From IMG/VR virus record IMGVR_UViG_2681813004_000019, positions 1 to 6,049 of that record: a stretch of 6,049 nucleotides of DNA. One strand, given 5' to 3'. Made by a program: the position numbers and the translations under genes. Under the pieces are notes generated by a model, which had not been told where the DNA came from, searched no databases, and worked only from the letters and a program-made list of their open reading frames with translations. The DNA is from a virus. Its lineage: Duplodnaviria; Heunggongvirae; Uroviricota; Caudoviricetes. Below, piece by piece: positions 1 to 5,856 of the stretch (positions are counted from its first letter, which is position 1; every line of letters begins with the position of its first letter).

Positions 1-804
1 ATGAAGCGCATGCATGACGCCTTCCCTAATCGTCCGGCATCTTCTATCACGGTTAAGCAATGGGTTGACCTGCTTACCGAAGAAGAAAAAGATAATCCAC
101 GCCGAGCAAGGCAGGTGCTAAGTCAACTAAGATCAGCAATTAGTTGGTGCATGCGGCGTCAGTTGATAGATAGTTGCGCAATTATGAGCATCCAGCCAAG
201 GGACTTCGGCTCCCGTGCTGAGGTAGGGGATCGGGTACTGTCGTATCACGAACTGGCTAAGATTTGGCTTGCTATTGAAAGAAGCCGTGCGTCTACGTCA
301 AATAAGCTCCTTCATCAGATGCTTATGCTGTGGGGGGCGAGGCTCTCAGAGCTTAGGCTGGCAACAAAGACAGAATTTGACCTGCTGGACAACGTATGGA
401 CCGTACCGAAAGAGCATAGCAAGATGGGTAATGTTATCCGCCGTCCAATCTTCGAACAAATTAAGCCTTTCCTCGATAAGGCCATGACAACGTACAATGA
501 TGTTCTTTTCCCTGGAGAAGACATAAACAAACCGATCAGCATCGCTGCAGCCAACCGATTCGTAAATAGAATAAGGGGAGGGATGGATATAGGTTACTGG
601 CGAACACATGATTTCAGAAGAACGCTTGTTACACGTCTGTCCGAGATGAATGTCGAGCCTCATGTTACTGAGCGAATGCTCGGTCATGAACTTGGCGGGA
701 TAATGTCCGTATACAATAAACACGACTGGATAGAGGCTCAGCGCAAAGCGTATGAGCTTCACGCTGATAAATTGTTCTGGCACATCAGGAGCATTTCTGA
801 TTAA
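1..804 (+). CDS. int: Tyrosine-type phage integrase, C-terminal catalytic part; the gene almost certainly starts upstream of the window
   Basis: The 267-aa frame from position 1 contains the catalytic-domain motifs HDFRRT (His-x-x-Arg), LGH and a C-terminal Tyr in SVYNKHDW, ending at a TAA at 802-804. The N-terminal DNA-binding portion expected for a ~350-400 aa integrase is missing, so the ATG at position 1 is probably internal. Confidence 0.85.
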   Translation: MKRMHDAFPNRPASSITVKQWVDLLTEEEKDNPRRARQVLSQLRSAISWCMRRQLIDSCAIMSIQPRDFGSRAEVGDRVLSYHELAKIWLAIERSRASTSNKLLHQMLMLWGARLSELRLATKTEFDLLDNVWTVPKEHSKMGNVIRRPIFEQIKPFLDKAMTTYNDVLFPGEDINKPISIAAANRFVNRIRGGMDIGYWRTHDFRRTLVTRLSEMNVEPHVTERMLGHELGGIMSVYNKHDWIEAQRKAYELHADKLFWHIRSISD

Positions 805-976
805 CGCCACCGTTAAGAATCCACCCTTCAACAGCTTCACGAAGGTATGATTTGGGGTGGGTTCTGACTGGCTTCGGAAATCCGTGCCGTTTGGTATAGT
901 TCCAGATTGTCTGACGTGATGAAACACCGAGCTTGTTCATCACTTCTTTCTCAGGAATCAGGCTGGTATCGGTCAT
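785..976 (-). CDS. xis: Excisionase / AlpA-family HTH DNA-binding protein (63 aa)
   Basis: The protein MTDTSLIPEKEVMNKLGVSSRQTIWNYTKRHGFPKPV... has the helix-turn-helix plus FPKP motif typical of AlpA/Xis (HTH_17) proteins. A GGAG lies 7 nt upstream of the ATG at 976. The gene is convergent with int and their 3' ends overlap by 20 bp. Confidence 0.7.
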   Translation of the reverse strand: MTDTSLIPEKEVMNKLGVSSRQTIWNYTKRHGFPKPVRTHPKSYLREAVEGWILNGGVNQKCS

Positions 977-993
977 CTTAATTCTCCAGGCAA

Positions 994-1017
994 AAATAAA
1001 CCGCCATCAGGCGGCTT
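994..1017 (-). terminator. Intrinsic terminator on the - strand, between the 55-aa ORF and xis
   Basis: Read on the - strand the sequence is GCCGCC-TGAT-GGCGG followed by TTTATTTTTG. The stop codon of the upstream 55-aa ORF sits in the loop. Confidence 0.6.
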
Positions 1018-1174
1018 GGTGTTCTTTCAGTTCTTCAATTCGAATATTGGTTATGTCTGCATGTGCTATCTGCGCCCATATCATCCAGTGGTCGTAGCAG
1101 TCGTTGATGTTCTCCGCTTCGATAACTCTGTTGAATGGTTCTCCATTCCATTCACCTCTGACTTTGAATTTCAT
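1007..1174 (-). CDS. Small phage protein of unknown function (55 aa), absent from the ORF track because it is under 60 aa
   Basis: Hand translation gives MKFKVRGEWNGEPFNRVIEAENINDCYDHWMIGAQIAHADITNIRIEELKEHKAA. An AGGTGA Shine-Dalgarno lies 6 nt upstream of the ATG. The ORF exactly fills the gap between two intrinsic terminators. Confidence 0.4.
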   Translation of the reverse strand: MKFKVRGEWNGEPFNRVIEAENINDCYDHWMIWAQIAHADITNIRIEELKEHQAA

Positions 1175-1188
1175 TAAGTTTCACCTGT

Positions 1189-1212
1189 AAAAAAAGGAGC
1201 CGAAGCTCCTTT
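1189..1212 (-). terminator. Intrinsic terminator with a UUCG tetraloop, just downstream of the antirepressor-like gene
   Basis: Read on the - strand the sequence is AAAGGAGC-TTCG-GCTCCTTT followed by a run of 7 T, beginning 5 nt after the stop of the 1217-1840 gene. Confidence 0.65.
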
Positions 1213-1216
1213 GATA

Positions 1217-1840
1217 TTAAAATTCGAATTGTCTCGCCCGAAGGCTTTTTAACATTGGTCTTGCCCGTTCGAAAATGGCGCTTGTCTGGTCAATTCGTGT
1301 TGCCTCCCTGAGAAGTGCGTCTCTGTTTTTCGTCACCGCGTAGAAGGTTTCAAACGCGATGTCATACAGCTTGCTCGCGTATGATGAGTTAAGTTCCTTC
1401 ATTATCGGGTACAGGTGTTTGCAGATGTCCTGTGCATTCTCCATCTGTACCTGCATGTAGCAGAGGAGGATGATTTCCTCGTCTGTGAATTGCTGCGCTG
1501 GTTGCATGCTGCGAAGTTTCTTTTCGCACTCGATGAAGTATCGGCGTATCTGGCGGCCTTTTTCGTTGCGCTCCACCATCGCAGTTTCTTTGGCTGTATC
1601 GAGGGTGAGGTGATAGTCTTTGCTACGGCGATCGCCTCCTCGACCTTTGATTTCCCGATTTGGGGAAACCAAAATATAGTCCTGATTTTCAACGAAACCA
1701 TATTCAGCAATGCGTTCTGTAATCCACGATGCAAAGCGTTTACCTACCCCAAGAAAAGTATGTAAATCGCGAGCATTAACGAGAAGAGTGGTTTCGTTGG
1801 CGATAGTGCCGTTGAATACGGGGATGAGTTGACTGGTCAT
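1217..1840 (-). CDS. Phage antirepressor-like protein with an AntA/AntB-type N-terminal domain (207 aa)
   Basis: The N-terminal segment ...LVNARDLHTFLGVGKRFASWITERIAEYGFVENQDYILV... matches the recalled AntA/AntB antirepressor domain pattern. The gene sits downstream of a promoter/terminator leader and is followed by its own terminator. Confidence 0.55.
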   Translation of the reverse strand: MTSQLIPVFNGTIANETTLLVNARDLHTFLGVGKRFASWITERIAEYGFVENQDYILVSPNREIKGRGGDRRSKDYHLTLDTAKETAMVERNEKGRQIRRYFIECEKKLRSMQPAQQFTDEEIILLCYMQVQMENAQDICKHLYPIMKELNSSYASKLYDIAFETFYAVTKNRDALLREATRIDQTSAIFERARPMLKSLRARQFEF

Positions 1841-1985
1841 TTTTATGCCCTTTGCATTTGTTCAGATAGCCCTGTGTTCAGCAGGGCGGTCAGGTACTTG
1901 AACACCGTGCAAAGTCGGCCCGTATCCTTAACCTTTCGGTTGTTTTTCGGTATACGCGCTACCCGACCATATCTGAGAAATGGAC

Positions 1986-2015
1986 ATAAAAAAGCCGCAT
2001 GACTGACGGGTGCGG
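1986..2015 (-). terminator. Intrinsic terminator or attenuator on the - strand, in the leader upstream of the antirepressor-like gene
   Basis: Read on the - strand: CCGCA, an 11-nt loop, TGCGG, then CTTTTTTAT. The stem is short (5 bp), but the U-tract is strong. Confidence 0.5.
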
Positions 2016-2045
2016 TTTCCGCTTTGCAAGGTGTGTTCAGCACCA

Positions 2046-2083
2046 TGAAGCGGAATATAGCCCCGTTAATGCGGATTTGTCAA
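2046..2083 (-). promoter_or_regulatory. Sigma70-like promoter reading leftward toward the terminator and antirepressor gene
   Basis: On the - strand there is a perfect -35 TTGACA (+ coordinates 2078-2083), an 18-nt spacer, and a -10 TATATT (2054-2059). The predicted start is near 2046, about 58 nt upstream of the terminator U-tract. Confidence 0.5.
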
Positions 2084-2125
2084 ATCATGTGGTCTTTATC
2101 TTGCTGTAAGCCGCGCCATTCGGGA

Positions 2126-2147
2126 TTTTCCCCATATTTGGGGAAAA
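2126..2147. promoter_or_regulatory. Perfect 9-bp inverted repeat with a 4-bp spacer; candidate operator for a dimeric regulator
   Basis: TTTTCCCCA-TATT-TGGGGAAAA lies in the gap between the Ea22-like stop (2187) and the promoter. No T-tract follows it on either strand, so it is unlikely to be a terminator. Confidence 0.4.
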
Positions 2148-2186
2148 CTATCTGCGAAGTATTCACCTTTAACGGCAAGTTGCAAG

Positions 2187-3101
2187 TTAGCCACAGTTTA
2201 CCTCCTGCGGCGGTTCTGGTAGCGGCATCCAGAACAAGACGTTCCCTAACCACGATAAAGTGCCGTCGCTCAACTCCACGTATTCCCCTTGTACCTGTCC
2301 TGCCATATACTCGCCGTGCTTTGAATAAATTAAAATCCAATCATCTTGAGCGGGCATTCGCTCACTACAGCTTATCCAACTATCCGGAGTTACCGGAGAG
2401 TTGCCCGACAGCTCGTTCAACTTGTAAGTTTGGCTTACAGATTCGGCTTCCAGTGGCGGTAAATCTGGCACTGTTACGCCAAACAACGCTGCCAGTGCAC
2501 GATAGTTTTGCTCACTGTGATAGCGGCCTTTACAGCGAACCAGTTTTTCCGCAGCGGATTTGATTACTTCCAGTTCTGCTACCCTCTGCTGATACGTTAA
2601 TGACTCCTGTGCCAGCCCAGCATTCCAGTCTCGCAGTTCTGCTATGTGCTTCTCTGATGCTTCAAGTAACGCCTGCTTATCGCGTAGCGCTTCTTCCAGT
2701 TCAGCAACATGGCATTCACTATCAATAAGGTTGTTATCTGCGGCTTCCTGCTCTGATTTGCGCATCAAAACAACGTGCTTTAATGCGTCCTGGGCTTTCT
2801 GAAATTTCAGTGCATAGTCAGTGGCGATTTTTTCCAGTTCTGCGATACACTTGTTTTGGGCTTCCCGTTCATCCAGCAGTGCCTGCACTACTTTAGGGTT
2901 GAAAGCTGCGATAAATTCTGCGTTGTTCTCTGCATTTTTCTGGCCGTCAAAGCCAGGCCATTTGATAATGTCTCCGCAACGTTCATCCCCCGGCGTATGC
3001 ACCGCATATGTATCAGTGCCCGGCGAAATGAATGCGACCCATTCGCCCTGTGTTGCCTGTTTTGCTAACTCACGCAGTGCCTGATAGTCAATCTTGCTCA
3101 C
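2187..3101 (-). CDS. Ea22-like phage protein with a coiled-coil middle region and a DUF551-like C-terminal domain (304 aa)
   Basis: The N-terminus [21 protein letters not shown]...[10 protein letters not shown] matches the recalled ead/Ea22-like pattern. The middle is rich in heptad-like charged residues. The C-terminus carries the W/P-rich DUF551-type signature ([11 protein letters not shown]...WMPLPEPP). It uses a GTG start preceded by AGGAGG at 7 nt, and the start overlaps the stop of the upstream 55-aa ORF (GTGA). Confidence 0.7.
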   Translation of the reverse strand: MSKIDYQALRELAKQATQGEWVAFISPGTDTYAVHTPGDERCGDIIKWPGFDGQKNAENNAEFIAAFNPKVVQALLDEREAQNKCIAELEKIATDYALKFQKAQDALKHVVLMRKSEQEAADNNLIDSECHVAELEEALRDKQALLEASEKHIAELRDWNAGLAQESLTYQQRVAELEVIKSAAEKLVRCKGRYHSEQNYRALAALFGVTVPDLPPLEAESVSQTYKLNELSGNSPVTPDSWISCSERMPAQDDWILIYSKHGEYMAGQVQGEYVELSDGTLSWLGNVLFWMPLPEPPQEVNCG

Positions 3102-3265
3102 TGGTTGCCTCCTTTACGCCACATCGCATTCAGATATTTGTTTTGATTCACTGATGGAAAAGAATTTCTCTTAAGCAATTCCTCTCTCGATGGCATTGGC
3201 TTTACGCGTTGGCGAATAATCATTTCTGCCGGAAGAATGCCGGGATTGTATGCAAGTCCTCTCAT
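3098..3265 (-). CDS. Small phage protein of unknown function (55 aa); its first 12 codons lie inside direct-repeat copy 1 and it has no good Shine-Dalgarno
   Basis: Hand translation gives [55 protein letters not shown]. Its stop overlaps the Ea22 GTG start. The sequence upstream of the ATG is chromosomal-like insert DNA without an SD, whereas the duplicated copy of the ATG at 3954 keeps a GAGGAA SD. Confidence 0.4.
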   Translation of the reverse strand: MRGLAYNPGILPAEMIIRQRVKPMPSREELLKRNSFPSVNQNKYLNAMWRKGGNQ

Positions 3266-3271
3266 GGTAAA
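3231..3271. repeat. 41-bp perfect direct repeat, copy 1
   Basis: GGAAGAATGCCGGGATTGTATGCAAGTCCTCTCATGGTAAA is identical to 3920-3960, an offset of 689 bp. The flanking bases differ on both sides. Confidence 0.95.
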
Positions 3272-3343
3272 CCCGGTAGCCGTAAGGGATAAGCCGAGGG
3301 CACCGCGCAGCGGCGATTTTGTTCGCCAGAGCCCGGGGGTGCA

Positions 3344-3369
3344 GGGGGCGGCGGCGATTGGCCGCCCCC
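3344..3369. repeat. GC-rich perfect hairpin (9-bp stem, 8-nt loop)
   Basis: GGGGGCGGC-ggcgattg-GCCGCCCCC lies inside the inserted segment. No U-tract follows it on either strand. It could be a chromosomal extragenic repeat or structural element. Confidence 0.4.
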
Positions 3370-3481
3370 TGCGCGCTCCTTGCGCCAGTGATTATATGAA
3401 GCAATGCACATGACAGGAGCGCAACAGGATGAGAGACTGAAATATTCTCGTTATTTTCGGACCTGATGACATTAATTAATT

Positions 3482-3565
3482 TTAAAATATCATCTTAAAT
3501 ACGCCAGTCACCACCAGTAGCCCAATCAGGAAAATAATCAATACAGCCCAGAGTATAATTTTCAT
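3482..3565 (-). CDS. yohP: 27-aa hydrophobic single-pass membrane peptide resembling E. coli YohP (identification from memory)
   Basis: Hand translation gives MKIILWAVLIIFLIGLLVVTGVFKMIF with a TAA stop. AAGGA lies 6 nt upstream of the ATG. The peptide is almost entirely hydrophobic, consistent with one transmembrane helix. Confidence 0.5.
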   Translation of the reverse strand: MKIILWAVLIIFLIGLLVVTGVFKMIF

Positions 3566-3818
3566 TGGCGTTCCTTTATTTGTGAGTGCTGAATAAGTAT
3601 AGGAAAAAACGAAGCCCTTTGCCGTTATCCATAAACGATTAAGATAAATCGGAAGATATCATTCACTTAGTGTATATTTTTCTGGATATGTCGTTTTATT
3701 GCTACTGATGTATTGCCACGCGAAACTAAAAAATATATCGCAACACACGGTAATCTTCGCGCACCTTTTCTTACCTGATTATTCCCCCATGAATCGTGAT
3801 TCCTTTTATCCAGCCATC

Positions 3819-3918
3819 GGGTAATGCTGCCAACTTACTGATTTAGTGTATGATGGTGTTTTTGAGGTGCTCCAGTGGCTTCTGTTTCTATCAGCTGTCC
3901 CTCCTGTTCAGCTACTGA
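3819..3918 (+). mobile_element. insA: IS1 terminal fragment: left inverted repeat plus the first 14 codons of insA, truncated
   Basis: GGTAATGCTGCCAACTTACTGAT...GAGGTGCTCCAGTGGCTTCTGTTTCTATCAGCTGTCCCTCCTGTTCAGCTACTGA matches the recalled IS1 end and the InsA N-terminus MASVSISCPSCSAT. Identity stops at 3918, one base before repeat copy 2. Confidence 0.8.
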
Positions 3919-3919
3919 A

Positions 3920-3960
3920 GGAAGAATGCCGGGATTGTATGCAAGTCCTCTCATGGTAAA
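3920..3960. repeat. 41-bp perfect direct repeat, copy 2, abutting the IS1 fragment
   Basis: Identical to 3231-3271. It contains the ATG (3954) and first 12 codons of the small ORF, here preceded by the native GAGGAA SD and the stop of the 98-aa gene. Confidence 0.95.
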
Positions 3961-3964
3961 TTCC

Positions 3965-4261
3965 TCAGTCATTACTGATAGCGCCATAGCGTGAGCGGTA
4001 ATTACGCAGGCGCGGGTCGATATATTCAGGGAATTTGTCTATTGTCGCTTTTCGCAACGGTCTCATTGCTGTTTCGTTTGTTCGGTCCTTCTCATCTTTT
4101 AACGCGAGTTGTATATCGCGTCGGTACATCCGTTCTGCTTTTGTTTCTGGTGGCAGATCAATAAACGTGTCGAAAATGTTTTTGATATTTTCCAGCACCT
4201 CCGCCTTGGAGCTACCGGAGCAATTGCGCGGGTCATCCGCACCATACAGAGGCGCTGGCAT
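3965..4261 (-). CDS. Phage protein of unknown function (98 aa)
   Basis: The ORF is in the six-frame track, lies in the operon between the SSB-like gene (stop at 4285) and the split small ORF, and is charged and hydrophilic. I do not recognise a family. Confidence 0.45.
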   Translation of the reverse strand: MPAPLYGADDPRNCSGSSKAEVLENIKNIFDTFIDLPPETKAERMYRRDIQLALKDEKDRTNETAMRPLRKATIDKFPEYIDPRLRNYRSRYGAISND

Positions 4262-4284
4262 AATGGGAGCCTTATTTTCAGTAA

Positions 4285-4872
4285 TCAGAAAGGAGGGTAA
4301 TCGTTCTGGCTGTAACCATAATCATCTGCATGATTCTGGCTTACGTTTTTAGAGCGATTGTCTTTATCTTTGAGATTGGCAACCATGTTGGCGATAGTTT
4401 CTGGTTGCTTGCCTTCTGCCTTTTCTTTAAGGGTTTGACCTGTTTGTGCAATAAACGGGATGCGTATTTCCATCTGGTAGCTGTCTGCGCCAGTCTTTTT
4501 GTTTGTGGTTAATACTTTCTGGAGCACTAACCCGATTTTCTTTCCATGAAATTCAGGTGCAACAAATTTACTGGCGGAAACCATATGCTGCGTTAATTGT
4601 CCAATCCCGGCACACCCCATCATGGCGTGAACGACATTTGCGCCAAATTTGTTTTCCGTGCCGTCATTTTTCTGAACACAGACGCTAAGATATTGGATTT
4701 TACGTCCGTCGTCGGATTCGCCAGAAAACTCAATAAATTTGGCTCCTTTTTCTGATTGCTTTAGTTCTGCTTCAGTAATGGTAATGATATGAGCACCAGT
4801 TTCGTTAATAAAACCACCTTGCCCTGCGGTCAGTGCTGCTTCTTCGTTATAAGTAAAAATCACGTTGCTCAT
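4285..4872 (-). CDS. Putative phage ssDNA-binding protein partnering the Sak4-like ATPase (195 aa); the C-terminus DYPPF resembles the SSB/gp2.5 acidic-aromatic tip
   Basis: The start ATG overlaps the Sak4 stop (ATGA), suggesting translational coupling. The C-terminal ~50 residues are low-complexity and polar, ending ...NHADDYGYSQNDYPPF, which recalls the ...DDDIPF tip of SSB. The family assignment is uncertain. Confidence 0.4.
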   Translation of the reverse strand: MSNVIFTYNEEAALTAGQGGFINETGAHIITITEAELKQSEKGAKFIEFSGESDDGRKIQYLSVCVQKNDGTENKFGANVVHAMMGCAGIGQLTQHMVSASKFVAPEFHGKKIGLVLQKVLTTNKKTGADSYQMEIRIPFIAQTGQTLKEKAEGKQPETIANMVANLKDKDNRSKNVSQNHADDYGYSQNDYPPF

Positions 4873-5549
4873 GCGGCGTTTTCCTTAATTTGATGAACAT
4901 TATTGATGCCGTAGTAATCACAAACAGTGGCATCGACGAAAGAGAGATCGTTATCAATCTCATTGGAATCAAACATTCCCATTGGGGATTTAACAGTGTC
5001 TGCACCGTTGTTTTTTGTGGTGAAAAAGAACTGGTCATCACGGGTAAGGGTGCGAAGAACTATAGTAAACATGCCTTCGACAGTGATTTTCTCGTCCAGC
5101 ATTTTGCCGATAGTCTTCATTTTCACACGCCCCATAGGAGTTTCTTCGGTGTGCGCAAGAAAATAGACTCTCAGGTCATCAGGCGCATCCTGCGCAGCCT
5201 TAATGACCTCCCATGCGTGACGGCCTATCTCAGTAAATTTATCAAACGATTTTTCTTCTGAGCGGCGCATAAACTCATTGCTCATCACATACTGGAAGTC
5301 ATCAACAATAACGATTCTTTTCCCGTATTCGTGAGCACGCTTAATTACGGCAACTATTACGTCCCATTTGTCAGTGGTAACTACGGTTCCTTTTTTTGCT
5401 CTGGCATCCCATGCAAGCCAGTCTTTTGATTTAAATGGTAGCGGCTTGCCTATTGGTTTTATAAGTATTGCTTCCTCTGGATTGATATTTCTCATGCTGG
5501 TTGATTTTCCGGTGCCAGACTCACCGAGTATTAATGTCGCAGTTCCCAT
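4869..5549 (-). CDS. Sak4-like phage recombination ATPase, RecA/Rad51-like core, AAA_24-type (226 aa)
   Basis: Walker A GESGTGKS is near the N-terminus, Walker B is RIVIVDD, and the size is about 226 aa. It occupies the position where lambda has bet/exo, downstream of cIII-kil. GAGG lies 7 nt upstream of the ATG. Confidence 0.6.
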   Translation of the reverse strand: MGTATLILGESGTGKSTSMRNINPEEAILIKPIGKPLPFKSKDWLAWDARAKKGTVVTTDKWDVIVAVIKRAHEYGKRIVIVDDFQYVMSNEFMRRSEEKSFDKFTEIGRHAWEVIKAAQDAPDDLRVYFLAHTEETPMGRVKMKTIGKMLDEKITVEGMFTIVLRTLTRDDQFFFTTKNNGADTVKSPMGMFDSNEIDNDLSFVDATVCDYYGINNVHQIKENAA

Positions 5550-5557
5550 AATTTGCC

Positions 5558-5746
5558 TCAGAATGGTAATTCGGATGGGGAGGAAAGAAACTCGCGCTCA
5601 TTCATGCGCTCTCTTTGTGCCTGCCATAAACAAAGTTGTTTCTTTGATTTATCTCCCGCTTTACGCCAGTAACGAGCCTCAGCAATGTGATATTCTCTTT
5701 TTAATCGACTTAACTCTGGAGTTTTCGCCAGTTCTACCGGAATCAT
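5558..5746 (-). CDS. Small phage protein of unknown function (62 aa, counted from the second ATG), ending ...SELPF
   Basis: GGAGG lies 5 nt upstream of the second ATG (MIPVELAKTPEL...), whereas the first ATG has no usable SD. The start overlaps the kil-like stop (ATGA). Confidence 0.45.
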   Translation of the reverse strand: MIPVELAKTPELSRLKREYHIAEARYWRKAGDKSKKQLCLWQAQRERMNEREFLSSPSELPF

Positions 5747-5856
5747 TTTGACCTCCATTTCCTGTAGGCTTCGACGGCCTCACGAAACATCTTTTCATCG
5801 CCAATAAAAGTGGCGATAGTGAATTTAGTCTGGATAGCCATAAGTGTTTTATCCAT
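5743..5856 (-). CDS. kil: Kil-like protein (lambda kil family, host cell-division inhibitor), 37 aa as encoded here
   Basis: MDKTLMAIQTKFTIATFIGDEKMFREAVEAYRKW... matches my recollection of lambda Kil (MDQTLMAIQTKF...). The start overlaps the 3' end of cIII as in lambda, with AGGAG 9 nt upstream. Confidence 0.6.
   Translation of the reverse strand: MDKTLMAIQTKFTIATFIGDEKMFREAVEAYRKWRSK

Noticed and set aside
346-927. A 193-aa ORF on the - strand, with the shorter ORFs 269-487 (+) and 315-554 (-), overlapping the integrase gene
   Set aside because: They lie antisense or out of frame within the integrase coding region, which carries the recognisable catalytic motifs. They have no RBS and are an artefact of a long open antisense frame.
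1402-1765. ORFs 1402-1734 (-) and 1415-1765 (+) inside the antirepressor-like gene
   Set aside because: They are alternative-frame or antisense ORFs nested in a better-supported gene, with no independent translation signals.
2126-2147. The 9-bp inverted repeat as an intrinsic terminator for the Ea22 operon
   Set aside because: No U-tract follows the hairpin on either strand. An operator-type protein-binding palindrome fits better.
1843-2563. ORFs 1843-2046 (-), 2024-2563 (+) and 2080-2340 (-)
   Set aside because: The 2024-2563 and 2080-2340 ORFs overlap the Ea22-like gene antisense or out of frame. The 1843-2046 ORF runs through the promoter/terminator leader, and that region is better explained as regulatory.
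2821-3084. ORFs 2821-3084 (+) and 2856-3068 (+), antisense to the Ea22-like gene
   Set aside because: They are nested antisense ORFs with no RBS or support.
3171-3404. A 77-aa ORF on the - strand spanning repeat copy 1 and the GC-rich hairpin
   Set aside because: It is out of frame with the well-supported 55-aa ORF, runs through a GC-rich structured region, and has no RBS. It is probably a compositional artefact.
3231-3960. The 41-bp direct repeats as prophage attL/attR ends
   Set aside because: Phage operon sequence continues uninterrupted on both sides (Ea22-like to the left, 98-aa/SSB/Sak4 to the right), so the repeats flank an internal insertion and are not the prophage boundaries.
3835-3994. 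Chimeric short ORFs across the IS1-phage junction: a 39-aa insA-derived fusion on the + strand (3875-3994) and a 39-aa ORF on the - strand (3835-3954)
   Set aside because: These are by-products of the truncation and insertion. InsA is cut after codon 14 and cannot be functional. They are recorded as part of the insertion-scar finding, not as genes.
4035-5751. Antisense or nested ORFs 4035-4352, 4109-4300, 4330-4512, 4503-4688, 4847-5041, 4890-5261, 4927-5166 and 5368-5751
   Set aside because: Each overlaps the Sak4-like, SSB-like, 98-aa or small-gene operon in another frame or strand and has no RBS. The - strand operon shows consistent RBSs and translational coupling.
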